From Eledone cirrhosa (lineage: Eukaryota), in contig OZ024741.1 in NCBI GenBank assembly GCA_964016885.1, forward strand, positions 106,268,001 to 106,332,000: a stretch of 64,000 nt of DNA, read 5' to 3'. The notes under the pieces were generated by a model. The model was given only the letters and a program-made list of their open reading frames with translations, ran no database searches and was not told the DNA's origin. Position numbers and translations under genes: made by a program. Position 1 is the stretch's first letter, and each line of letters begins with the position of its first letter. Of the stretch, positions 11,375 through 23,307 are shown in pieces.

Positions 11375-11600
11375 GAAGACTACATAGAGTGAAGAGGTCT
11401 CCTTAGCTGGAAGTGGAAGAGGTAGCCTTTCATGGACTGGAGTGGTCTCTTTAGCCTGGAGTGGAGGAAATAGCCTTCCATGTAACTTTCATAGACTGAA
11501 GAAGTCTCTTTAGTCTGGAGTGGACGTGATAGCCTTCCATGGAACTTTCGTGGACTGGAGAGATCTCCTTAGCAAGATAGTCTTCTATGGAACTTTCAAT
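11375..11600. repeat. Diverged ~59-bp tandem repeat, about 4 units
   Basis: Recurrent gactggag..gtctc.ttag...gatagccttccatggaactttc. Confidence 0.65.
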
Positions 11601-11899
11601 AAAATGTATGGAATCAGGATGGGGCAGGGGTACTTATATGAGATTAGTGAATTTGACTTACTCTCAGGTGAACTTACGTTCATAAGTTGCTAAATAATGT
11701 GTGTGTAGTGTCTGTGTGTGTTGTGTGTGTATACATGCAAATTTCTATAGAATTTTTAACACAGGGAAATAGAAATTTACAAAATTTTATGGCTGAATAC
11801 TAGGAACGGATTAAATAAAATAATGAAAACTGAACAAATTAAAAGTCAAAGTTTTAAGACAAAACGTTTCCAAGTCGATTCTTAAATAGTATGAGGTAT

Positions 11900-12690
11900 A
11901 CTCAAGAGGTTTTGAGACTTTTATTATCAGAGACATTTATTTAAACCAGATCAACACAAAACTCTAGTTTCCCCCAAAGTAGGATTCTCCAACTTCAATG
12001 CGCTTGTGGTAGCACTCCAGCCATTTCTGGAAGGCCCCTTGTAGTCCTCCAAAGCGAAGGTGTCCAGGACTCTTGTCACAGATTCTTCATCTCCTCCACA
12101 TCCTCAAAGCGGATGCTCCTGAGCTTCTCCTTCAGCTTCAAGAACCCCCTGAAGTTGCATGGGGCTAAGTCTGGACTGTTGGAAGGATGAGGGACAGTTT
12201 TGATCCCCCATATCAACCAAGTAGTTGGTCACCAAGGACGATTTGTGACATGGGGAATTGTGCTGGTGCCGGTGCCACTGGCCAGACTTGAAGAGAACTG
12301 GTCTCTTGCAATGAAATCTCTTTCTGAACTGCCTCAAAACCTATACACAGTACTCTTTGTTAACTGTCTGACTGTGGGGATCCAGTGGATGTAGATCATG
12401 CCCTTGTTGTTGGAGAATTGGATCATGAGCTTCCCAGTGAACCTGCTTAGTCTGGCCTTCTTGGGTCTTGGGGAGTCAGAATATTTCCACTGGGCACTCT
12501 GTCTCTTGGTCTCTGGATCATAATAGTAGACTCAGCTCTCATCACAGGTTACCAGAGACTCAAGGACATTAGTATTCAAAGCAATCCACTTGACCATCTC
12601 CCTGCTGTCATTAATGCGCCTCTACCTTTGATCTTCATTGACCACCCTGGGAATAAACTTTGCATATGTTCATATCGCCATGAATGACTA
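11900..12690 (-). mobile_element. Degenerate mariner (DD34D) transposon remnant
   Basis: Minus strand reads TCDES.VYYYDPETKRQSAQW, QWHRHQHNSPCH and SPDLAPCNF, with stops and frameshifts. Confidence 0.8.
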
Positions 12691-13674
12691 TGTGCACAGT
12701 CTATTTACGGTGCAAATAATCATTTATGAACAGGAAAGTCAATTGTAAAAAAAAAGGAGGGAGGATAACTGATTTCATTTACCATATGTTGAGGAAGATT
12801 TGGCTGTTATATTTAATAGTAAATTTTTACCATTCGAATTGGAAGCAAAATTTATATTCTCGTTGTTTTTTTTTTTTTGTTTTTTTGTGTGTTTTGAACG
12901 AAACCTGTCTGAAAAACCGTCGAAAATTATTCATTTTTTAGTCAACGGGAGGGTGGGTTCTGTATACGTTCAAAATAAATTTTAAAAAAGCAAACAACGT
13001 GAGACGGGCGTAATTGTAAAATCTAACCCTTTTAGTAAGTACATAGACACTGTGTGGATTTTGTAAACGAACAAAACAAAACAAAAGCCCCAAAAAGAAA
13101 AACACCAAGAACCGGTGTCAAACAACAAATTGTACGAGGCCGTAAATAGGCAACATAACTATAGCTCAGTTCCCCTTCCTTCTCTATTCCAGATATGTTT
13201 AAAGGATGTAGACATGAAACTAGATTCCAGCATAAAAATTAATGGGATTAATATTTATTATCAACATGATTAAAAACATTTCCGAGTTTAGAGTTTACGT
13301 TTAGCCGATTATAATTACAAGTCTAAAATATTCAGCAATTAAAGCATTAAGGAAAGGAAATATACAATAACGAAAGTATTATGTTCCTTTCTTCATTTCC
13401 AAATAATATTTCACTTCCAGGAGTTAATAAGGTAATTCTTCTCAGAGATTAAACATTACCTGCACAAGGTTACTTTTCTTCCACACCGACATACAAAAGC
13501 TTTTTAAGAGTGATCTCCCCTTTTTAAAGATTAGGGAAAAGAGTTTTCTCGCTTGACAAATTTAGAAATCAAATCTCATCAAAATGTACTTATATTGCTC
13601 TCGGCTCCATAAAATAAGGACCAGTAAATATACTCGCTTATCTACATTTGTTCGATGGAAAGAGAGTCATATTT

Positions 13675-14132
13675 CATTTAGGGCATGGATTCATTGAAGC
13701 TCCGACGTCTGGCAATAGACTTGGTAAACACCCACAAAGTTATTAACCATCTCGCCAACAACAACCCTGAGCACCTTTTTGATCTCCATGTGTCTAACAC
13801 ACGTGGACATGCCTACAAAGTCAGAAAACAGCACAGCTCCCATGACTTTCGTAAACATTTTTTCACGCTCAGAGTTGCTGAAGCATGGAACAAACTGCCT
13901 GCGTCAGTTGTTAGCTGCCGAGACACTGCATCCTTTAAAACCGTCATGCTTCCCGAAATTCGCCAAAACTACACCTGATGGACCCCTTCCATACACATGC
14001 ACACATGTGTATATCATGACTCATGCACTGTTCATTTTCCTGACGTTTGTACATTACCCTATGTACTATACATACACTTGTTAATGAGTTGTAGTGCACC
14101 TGAGCACTGTACACAATATTTCATTATTATTA
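13675..14132 (+). mobile_element. CR1/L2-group LINE 3' fragment
   Basis: LKLRRL..DL...TRGHAYK...RKHFFTLRV.EAWNKLP, then a 3'UTR ending ttcattattattat. Confidence 0.85.
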
Positions 14133-14417
14133 TAGTAATGCACTGAGTAATTGCTGGCCTTGTGCCTAAAGTAGAAACAATTATTATTAAATACCATAAA
14201 TAATATATATGTATGGCCCCGTATAAGCGTATGAGCCCATCTCCTCCCCATGTCTGAATACAGCAAATTTCTTCCAGAGAAGGATAGAGAGTGAGAGAAA
14301 GAGATATTAGGGGAAGAATCGACCTCAGTACTTGACTGAAACGTTTTTATCGATCCCGAATGGATGAAAGGCAAAGTTGACCTCGGCGGGATTTAAACTC
14401 AGAGAGCTGACGCAACT

Positions 14418-14615
14418 AATTGTTTCTACTTTAGGCACAAGGCCAGCAATTACCCAGTACATTACTGGTACTTTATTTTATCGACCCCGTAAGGATGAAA
14501 GGCAAAGTTAACCTCGGCGGGATTTGAACTCAGACTGTAAAGGGACGTAAGGGACGTAACTATGCTAGAAAACATGGCGTCCAACCCTCTACCGACACTG
14601 CCAATTCACCGCCCT
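14418..14615 (-). mobile_element. tRNA-derived SINE, second family (Deu/Nin-like central domain)
   Basis: B box gagttcaaatcc, core gcctttcatccttacggggtcgataaaataaagtaccag, tail gtgcctaaagtagaaacaatt. Copies at about 14310-14410, 15716-15892, 15920-16065, 21880-22035, 22755-22880, 24845-24900, 26440-26660, 33905-34110, 41275-41505, 42150-42222 and 43955-44125. Domain name is from recall. Confidence 0.8.
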
Positions 14616-14675
14616 GACGCAAATAATGCCAAACATTCTATTTAGCGCCCTAACGACCCTGCCAATACACTACAT

Positions 14676-14885
<210 letters not shown>

Positions 14886-15053
14886 TACATTATCAGAGAA
14901 AGCTTTAAGCAATACTCTGACCGGCTTCCATCTCACTCAACAAACATTAGGATATACCTTAGTATAATCCCAATTTTACGTTTGGGGTGCTAACTATATG
15001 TATTTTGCGGATAGCCAGTTGTATTATTTTATATGAGACATAATTAAAATACA

Positions 15054-15104
<51 letters not shown>

Positions 15105-15229
15105 TACACATATATGTACACATATACATACACACAATATATATATATATATATATACACGCACACACATACACATATACATCCATGCATATTTATGCAT
15201 ATATATATATATGTGTGTGTATATGTGCG

Positions 15230-15271
<42 letters not shown>

Positions 15272-15276
<5 letters not shown>

Positions 15277-15712
15277 ATAATAATAATGAAAATTATTGTG
15301 TACAGTACTCAGGTGCACTACAACTCATCAAAGGTGCATGTATAGTACATACAATAATGTACAAATGTCAGTAAAGTGAACAATATATGTGTCATGATAT
15401 CCACACAGACATACATGCAGGTGTATGGAGGGGAATATCAAGTGTAGTTCTGGCAAATTTCAGGAAGCATGGAAGTTTTGAAGGATGCGGTGTCCCGACA
15501 ACTAACAACTGATGCAGGTAGTTTGTTCCATGCTTCAGTAACTCTGAGCTTGGAAATATGTTTCTGAAAGTCATGGGAACTGTGCTGTTTTCTGACTTTG
15601 TAGGCATGCCCACGTGTGTTAGATACATGGAATTCAAAAAGGTGCTCAGGGTTGTTGTTGGAAAGATGGTTAATAATCTTGTGGGTATCTACCAAGTCAG
15701 TTGCCAAATGTT
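15272..15712 (-). mobile_element. CR1/L2-group LINE 3' fragment, same family, inverted relative to 13675-14132
   Basis: ORF 15438-15737 is nearly the same peptide, with the same 3'UTR and tail. Confidence 0.85.
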
Positions 15713-16549
15713 GGAGCTTTTGGCACAAAGCCAGCAATAACCAGTGTATTACTGGTACTTTATTTTATCGACCCCGTAAGGATGAGAGGCAAAGTTAACC
15801 TCGGCGGGATTTGAACTGAGAATGGCAAGGGCCGTAACTCTGCGTCAAAGCATGGCGTCCGACCCTCTACCGTTACTACCAATCCACCGCCATTGGATAT
15901 CTTTCATAATGTCAATTGCTTTGACGCATAGAGTTACGGCTCTTGCCATTCTGAGTTAACTTGCCATTCCGAGGTTAACTTTGCCTTTCATCCTTACGGG
16001 GTCGATAAAATAAAGTACCAGTAATACACTGGGTAATTGCTGGCCTTGTGCCAAAAAGTAGAAAAAATTAAAGAGTATCAATCTACATCTAAAAAATAGA
16101 TTAAGAAGAGTATCATTAGGAAAAGAATATCAAATGGTAAAAATACTAAATTTAAGAAGGAAGATCATTTAAACATTTTTTTATTTTTAAAGAAAAACTC
16201 AGTAAATAATAGGATCATTTAAAAGGTGTATAAGATATAGTTAAGTGTAATGAATATCATAGATTAAAAATACTTCGGAAAGTGGAATTTTGGCGATGTC
16301 TGCATTAGATACATAGCTCTTACGTCGCACGCTTCACGAACGAAAGTATCGTCTTTCTGTTTTCCTTCGGTTGCAACGTTTTTTGAAATATTTACTTCTG
16401 CGTTCAAAGATTGATTTTTTTAGTTTCAGAAGATCCCGTTAAGATTCTTTGCTTAAACTTTAATCTGTTATTTTAATATATATATATAATTATATATTCG
16501 TGTACAGATATTTTTGCATACACAAAAACAAAAATATTTATTTCACGAA

Positions 16550-17710
16550 AGTACAGACGGCTTATCGTCATTGTTACTGCCGATATGCCACCCAAAAAGT
16601 CCCAACCTGACCGCAAGATCAGATTTTCCAGAAGAAGAAAATGTTACTAGAGCAACAGAGAGACTAAGCTTCACGATTATCATTAACAAAGCTCAAGGTC
16701 AAACCCTAAAAGTAGTTGGCCTTCATCTGGGAAAACCATGCTTTTCCCATGGTCAATTGTATGTAGGATGCTCTAGGGTGAGCTCGCCAAACAATCTCTT
16801 CATCTTTGCTTCCGAGGGCCGAACAAAAATTATTGTATACTCTGAGGTTCTAACAATGTAATTTATGTATTTTCTATTACTTGGAATTTCCATTATGGTT
16901 GTACAAATTATTGTAAAAATTATTGTAAGTTTGTTAAAAAATGTGTTCTCTGTTCAGCCTTTATTGTTTTAACTATTAATTTTCTTTAACGTACTGGCTG
17001 CTGAACTGGGGAATCCTAAAAACTATTCAAACCCAACATCAGAGCACGTTAACACCCCCCCCCCCCAGCTGACTTGAGAGGGCGTGCAGTATCTTTGCTC
17101 TGGAGTAGAGGGGGTAATCCTGAAAAGATAAAATGCCGGTATACCTAGCCGGGCCAGCTCGTACTATATATTTTCAACAGTAATACTGTACTATACTATG
17201 TATTTTCAACAGTAATACTTTACTATACTATATATTTTAAACAGTAATACTGTACTGTACTATATATTTTCAACAGTAATAACATACTATACTATATATT
17301 TTCAACAGTAATACTATACTATATATTTTCAACAGTAATACTATACTATATGTTTTCAAGAGTCATACTATACTATATATTTTCAACAGTAATATTATAC
17401 TATATGTTTTCAAGAGTCATACTATACTATATATTTTCAACAGTAATACTATACTATATGTTTTCAAGAGTCATACTATACTATATATTTTCAACAGTAA
17501 TACTATACTATATATTTTCAACAGTAATACTATACTATATATTTTCAACAGTAATACTATACTATATGTTTTCAAGAGTCATACTATACTATATATTTTC
17601 AACAGTAATACTATACTACACAGACGGCTTATCGTCTGTGTATCCAAGAGAAGCTAGGTACGTGAGCTATATATATGGATGCCGTCTATGGTAGCCGGGC
17701 GCCAGCTAGT
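16550..17710 (+). mobile_element. Non-autonomous Helitron remnant(s) with a PIF1-helicase C-terminal fragment
   Basis: INKAQGQTL..VGLHL..PCFSHGQLYVGCSRV...TKIIVYSEVL at about 16665-16860. GC-rich subterminal motif followed by CTAG-T at about 17706-17710, with a similar motif at about 17147-17162. Confidence 0.8.
17163..17618. repeat. 27-bp minisatellite (tactatatattttcaacagtaatacta, variant tgttttcaagagtcat)
   Basis: About 16 units; explains the periodic ORF 17350-17694. Confidence 0.92.
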
Positions 17711-18424
17711 ATAAGATAAAAACCCATAAAGTGCTTTTTTTCAAATCGTTATCATTTTTCATATATATATATATAAATATATGAAAAAATGATAAATATT
17801 TAAAAAAAAGTACTTAATGGGTTTTTATCTTATATACACGTCGCGTGTATAGTACACAACAAGAACAAATTTTTTTAACATCAAAAAGAATAGTTTTTGT
17901 ACTTGATCAGTTTCGCTTAAAACAGATTTGCAAAAGATTTTTCATGTTTAATTTACTACTTTTCTATTTGTAATATTATTGCCGCTTATGTTTTTATTAA
18001 AACAAGAGACGCAACTGGCTGCATCTATTTCCTTACGTCAAGAAGAGAAAAAAAAAAAAAAATTCGCAAGGGACGTAACTCTGCTCTGACCAGGTATTAA
18101 AGGTTTTGTATGCAAAGAGTCCAACTTTGGCTTAAATTATTCTCTAAAAACTTTTCCATGTCAATGCGTTTTTCCTCTCATGTTGACTGACAACATGGGT
18201 AGAATGCGAAGACATTGAAATTTGGTAAAGTTTGCTCACCGCATTCCTCTATATGTTGACAAAGAGGTATCTTTTTTGTGTATGGGTCTCTAATTTGTTA
18301 GTGGTGAAGTGTCATTCTTTGTCAGGGTGTTAGTCCTATTTGGCCAATGTAGTGTTCATGACAACCCTTACATGATATAATATATATTAAATTTTCTGCA
18401 CTAGAAGTCATTTTTAATTTTCAA

Positions 18425-19256
18425 AATGGGGCCTTCTTTGAAGTTCCAGCTCCTGCAGTTCTTGCATTTAATTCAGCCTCCTGTCTTCCATCACTCGTGA
18501 ACATGGCTCCAAGATACTTCAACTCTTCCACCTGCTTCAGTGGAAATCTTTTCACATGTAGAGTGCACTGCTCAGGCTTCCTTGAGAGGATGAGTGTCTC
18601 AGTTTTTGTAGCACTGACTTTCACTCCAGTCATGCAGCACTTGGCATCAAATCTATCAAGTGCAAGTTGGAGATCACCTTCTGTCAAGTTACTTAACAAA
18701 TTGTCTGCAAATTTCAACCAATTTTACACCTGCCAGTCATGATACCACTTCCAAACTGACTGTGCATATCAATCCTGTTTCATTTGGTAATCAGAAGGGA
18801 GGTGGGTGTAAAAGCCAAACTTGCTATCTTCAATTTGGTGTTCGTGCCAACCTATACTTGTAGTTATGAATCTTGGGTAACGACCGAAAGAATACGATTG
18901 CAAATACTAGTAGCCGAAATGGGGTTCTTCTGAAGGGTCTTTGGAGTAACGTTACTTGATAGTGTGTAGCTCAGAGATCAGAAAGTCACTCCAGCCAGAG
19001 CTGCTACTTCTCCAAATTGAGAGATCACAACATCAATACTATGGGCATATGGTTAGAATGTCTCAGGAAAGAATTGTTGGACAGATTTTATGGGCAAAAC
19101 CATCCGGCAGGAGACCCAGAGGTAAACTCCAAGTAAGATTGGTTGGATAAAATCCATGAGTTTGGATAGTCTCACTTGGGGATCCAGCCAGCTTAGTTGG
19201 AGATGGTTACTTCTGACAGTATCTGCTGGAAGGAGTAGTTGAGGACTCTGCCCCAA
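18425..19256. mobile_element. RTE-clade LINE 3' fragment, internally inverted (18425-18780 minus, ~18790-19256 plus)
   Basis: Minus part FADN...LKQVEELKYLG. Plus part encodes the downstream RT-thumb region (IERSQ..YYGHMVRM...RPRG). Homologous to the colinear copy at 33020-33575. Confidence 0.72.
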
Positions 19257-19269
19257 TGATTCAGAAATA

Positions 19270-20390
19270 AAAAGAAAAAAGATCTTTGAAGTGGAATTCG
19301 GGGCCTTCTAATAGATAGTTGCACACCCTACCGCTAGGTCAGTTGCATATTTTCACTTCAGGTTCTTTAATTCCAGTTTGCAATTTTGCATTTATTAGTA
19401 TCTTTTTAAGTGACTTAGGTGGTCATTTACTTTTTATAATTGGGTATTTTTGTAAGAGATTTTCATTTTATCCTTTAGTAGGATATGTAGGTTTAGTTGT
19501 ATGTATGTGTAGAATTCTGTGTTTTTTAATTAAAAGTTGAAATGTATGGTATGACCCTTTTTCTGTTTCTCTAAGTATTTGAATATTGATCTGTCTTGCC
19601 TTTTGAATGCTATCATTGATTAGATTTTGATATTTTCTCTTGATGAGTATTTGTTTTCATTTCTTCTAGTCTGTGGTCTCCTGTTGTTGGGTTTAAAACT
19701 ATTGTACAGATTTGTTTAGTTAAGTTAAGTGGTATATGTTGGATGAGAAGATGTAAGAAGGAAATATTGTCAGGAGTCATTGAGTTTGAAATATATACCA
19801 GTCCCTAACTTTGTTTTGTTTTGTTGCTGAAATCCATAGTGAATTGGATGTTAGGGTTCATATTACTGATGAGGTTTTGAAATTTCTTTAGTTCATCAAG
19901 ATTCTCCTTCCAAGGAATATATGGTATATTTTCTCCTTCCATAGAATATATGGTATATTTTCCAATTTTCTTTCATATAAAAATTGAATTTGCTCCCATA
20001 AATTTGTGAGGTCTGTTTGTAGATTTATAATTCGTGGTATCCCATGACTAAGTTAGTGCAACTTTTCTCCATGGCTGTTCCTGAATTTTGTCAGTAGGCT
20101 TTTTTGTCGAACATGAAGTAGTTGTTTTGTTTTTTAAAATAAATTGAAGACTGTCTATGATGAAATTTTTGTCAATACAGTTTGGTAGCTCATAGGGGAG
20201 TATTTGATAGCCTGGATTCTGTAGTTGTGTGGAATGTTACTATATAAGTTAACAACATCCAATGTAACCATGTAAATGTTTTGGTTTATTTCATTTGGTA
20301 GATGGTTGAATATATATTGATCATCTCATAAGCTCCGGATGTGTTTGATGAGTGGTTTTAATAAAATGTCTAAGAAGATGGAATTATTGA
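19270..20390 (-). mobile_element. Degenerate Penelope-like retroelement (RT region)
   Basis: Minus strand yields LDILLKPLIKHIRS, VTLDVVNLYSNIPH and QNSGTAM, typical of PLE RT; many disruptions. Confidence 0.7.
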
Positions 20391-23252
20391 AATGGCTACC
20401 AATTGTCATTAATCGTTTCATTAAAAAATATATATCCAAATCACCTTAGTTTAAAATTATCACCAAATTGCTTGCCAGAACATCATCTATATTATTACTC
20501 TTTACATTTAATCTCATCAATAGACTGTTATAAGGTCTGGGCTTGGAGATAGTTTCCAATATTACACTTTATCATACTGTCTTTGTTCAATCTACTTTAA
20601 ATTTTCTAACCATACATTTTGCTTGTTGAGCTCATCATTTCTTTCCCATTTAATCTTCCAGTAGCTCTCAATTCGATTTTCTGATGGGGTATCTTTTAAA
20701 GAGTTTGAATTGTTCACATTGAAGCTACGATGGAGTGATTTCATATCTCTTACAAACTATTCATTTACCATCTATAAGATGTAGATTTATATTTGTTTTT
20801 CAGTTGTGGCTGTAAGTTCTTTTTTCAGATGATGCAGTCTAGTGTAAGGTATAAAATTCTGTACTCCCAAAATGCCTCTCTAATTTGTTTTAAAACTTTC
20901 TGGTGTTAATGAAACTGTTTGTATTGTATAAGACTCTGTGATATATTTTCACAAATAACATTTATTTTTAAGTTACATACATATCCACTCTGGTTCATGC
21001 ATTTTGCTTGTATCTCAATGGCATAGCTTCAGCCTGTTGTGATAAGCTAGCAATGTGATTGCCAACACATATATTAAATTTATAGTTTTGTATGTTATTT
21101 CTATTCCCCTCTAGACTGGATGACTGCCTGTTATTTCATGTATTACTAGTTTGGAGGGCTACTTTCTTATATTAGTGCTGTATGTGTCTATTTTAAATTA
21201 AAGACTTGATCACTTGTAGGGTGTTGACATTTTGGTATTCATGTATTTGCAGTGAAGCTTTGAATTTTGAATAAATTATTTTCAGGATAGTACCCCCATC
21301 ACAGTTACAAATAGTGATTGCCTTTATATATATAAATCAATGAAAGAGAGAGGTGGGGGGGGGGGGGGGGTTAGAAAATAAGAAAACACATAAATCAGTC
21401 ATTTTCAAGAGAGTTTATTGAACACAAAGATTACATTTTACACAAGGAAGACTGGATACAAGACAACAGTGAAATATTATTTAAGAAGCCAGTTGCACCT
21501 TTAAAACAGTCATAATGAATGACGATTAAACTGAAGAATATAATTCTAGACTTGATGATGTGAAACCTCTACACATCCTTTAATGGGATGTTATAAGAAA
21601 TTGTGCAGCAAAAACAACAAAAAATGAACATTTGAATACAATAAATATAACATGGATATGAAGAAAGAAAAACTGCCACAGAACATTTATATTCTCAGAT
21701 AAAACACAGTTCTTGTATTTTTACTGTTTAATTAAAGAGAGAGGGGCAGCACTTGTGGCCTGTTACAGGGTTTTACAAGATTCTATTAATCCAAAAGACC
21801 TGGTTTGAATGCTTTCAACAGAGGTGAACTCCATTAAAGGCACCCAAGTACCAAGCAGTATTGGTGAAGAGCCACAATGGGGGTTTGAATTCAGAACAGA
21901 AATAGCTGGACCCTGAAACAAATACTGCAAGACATGCATCTAGTCCAGCACTTCAACAATTCTGCCAATCTACTTCACTTGGACTGGTACTTTATTTTAT
22001 CAGCCATGAAAGGATGAAAAGCAAAAGTTGACCATGGGATAGGGGTGAGGGAACAAAACGAAAAATAAACACCAAATTGCCTGACTTCTGTGATCCAAGA
22101 GGCAGAGACTATTTTCTTGGTAAGAAGCAAATATTTTAGGGATACTAATGAAGAGAAGGATTTACTATTAAAACTAAAATAAAAAGAGCATTATAGAGCT
22201 GCAATTACTGTAACTACGAGGCATATTTATATATATATATTATAATATATGTATGTTACATATGATAATATATATATATATATATAATACTGTTCTACAA
22301 AAGTTTATAATCATTTAAGAAATGTCAAGTTGTGTAGAAGTTGATTTTCTGACAAAAATCAACTTCAGTTTCTTGAATAATAAAACATTATACCATATTT
22401 GCCAGTGTCTAAAATGAAATGTTTCTTTTTTTTTTTAATTTTATTGTTTCATAAGCTGCAGTTGTACAAGGAGTTGTTTTTCAAATGGATACAGGTCTAA
22501 CTTGGTACCTTTAAATTCTGGGTCTATCTATTGTATGTATAGAAGAAAGAAAGGGACAATATTCAGATTGGACCAAGTAAGCTATGTTTCAATGAAGTCT
22601 TTCCATTGCTGATATTATCTTTTGATTTCAACTCCTGGTAGAAGTGTCACTTCTTTTGCTGTGACAGGAGCTGGAATTTGAATGTAGAACACAGCTGAAA
22701 AGGATACTTCATGGCAGCTTCTCCAATTCTTTAACAATTCTGCCAACCCACCACTCTTGAACTGGTATTTTACAATGAAAGACAAAGTTGACCATGGCAG
22801 GATTTGAACTCAGAATGCAGAGTGCCAGAACAAATACAACAAGGCATTCCTTCCAACACCTTAACAACTCTGCCAATTCGCTTCCTGTATGTATAGATGT
22901 ACTCATGATTTCTTGTATACTTTTTCAAAATGATTCAGCACCAGAAGCTTGTTTTTTCATAAAGGCTGAAGATTGATGATGCACACAAGATTAATCAGCT
23001 ATGATTAATCAAATACCACCGAAAACATATGCTTAGTTGCTATGTATTTTAAGTAATATATATATATATATATATATTACCATTTAATGTCCGTTTTCCC
23101 TTTGAGAAAGGGTTGGCTGGGTCATCACAGACCAAGTGAGTACTCAAGCAGTACTGACCTCTTAGACATGCTGGGACCCTACATATTGCTTACATGTTCC
23201 CACACTCTCTCGACTGCTCAGATGGGCCAGAGGCCTGTTTCTCGCTTAAGTA

Positions 23253-23307
<55 letters not shown>

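Noticed and set aside
16514-16861. Host PIF1 helicase gene
   Set aside because: Only the Helitron-type C-terminal fragment, flanked by Helitron end motifs.
17163-17618. CRISPR-like appearance of regular repeats (also 28845-29412)
   Set aside because: Head-to-tail units without unique spacers, no cas genes, eukaryotic context.
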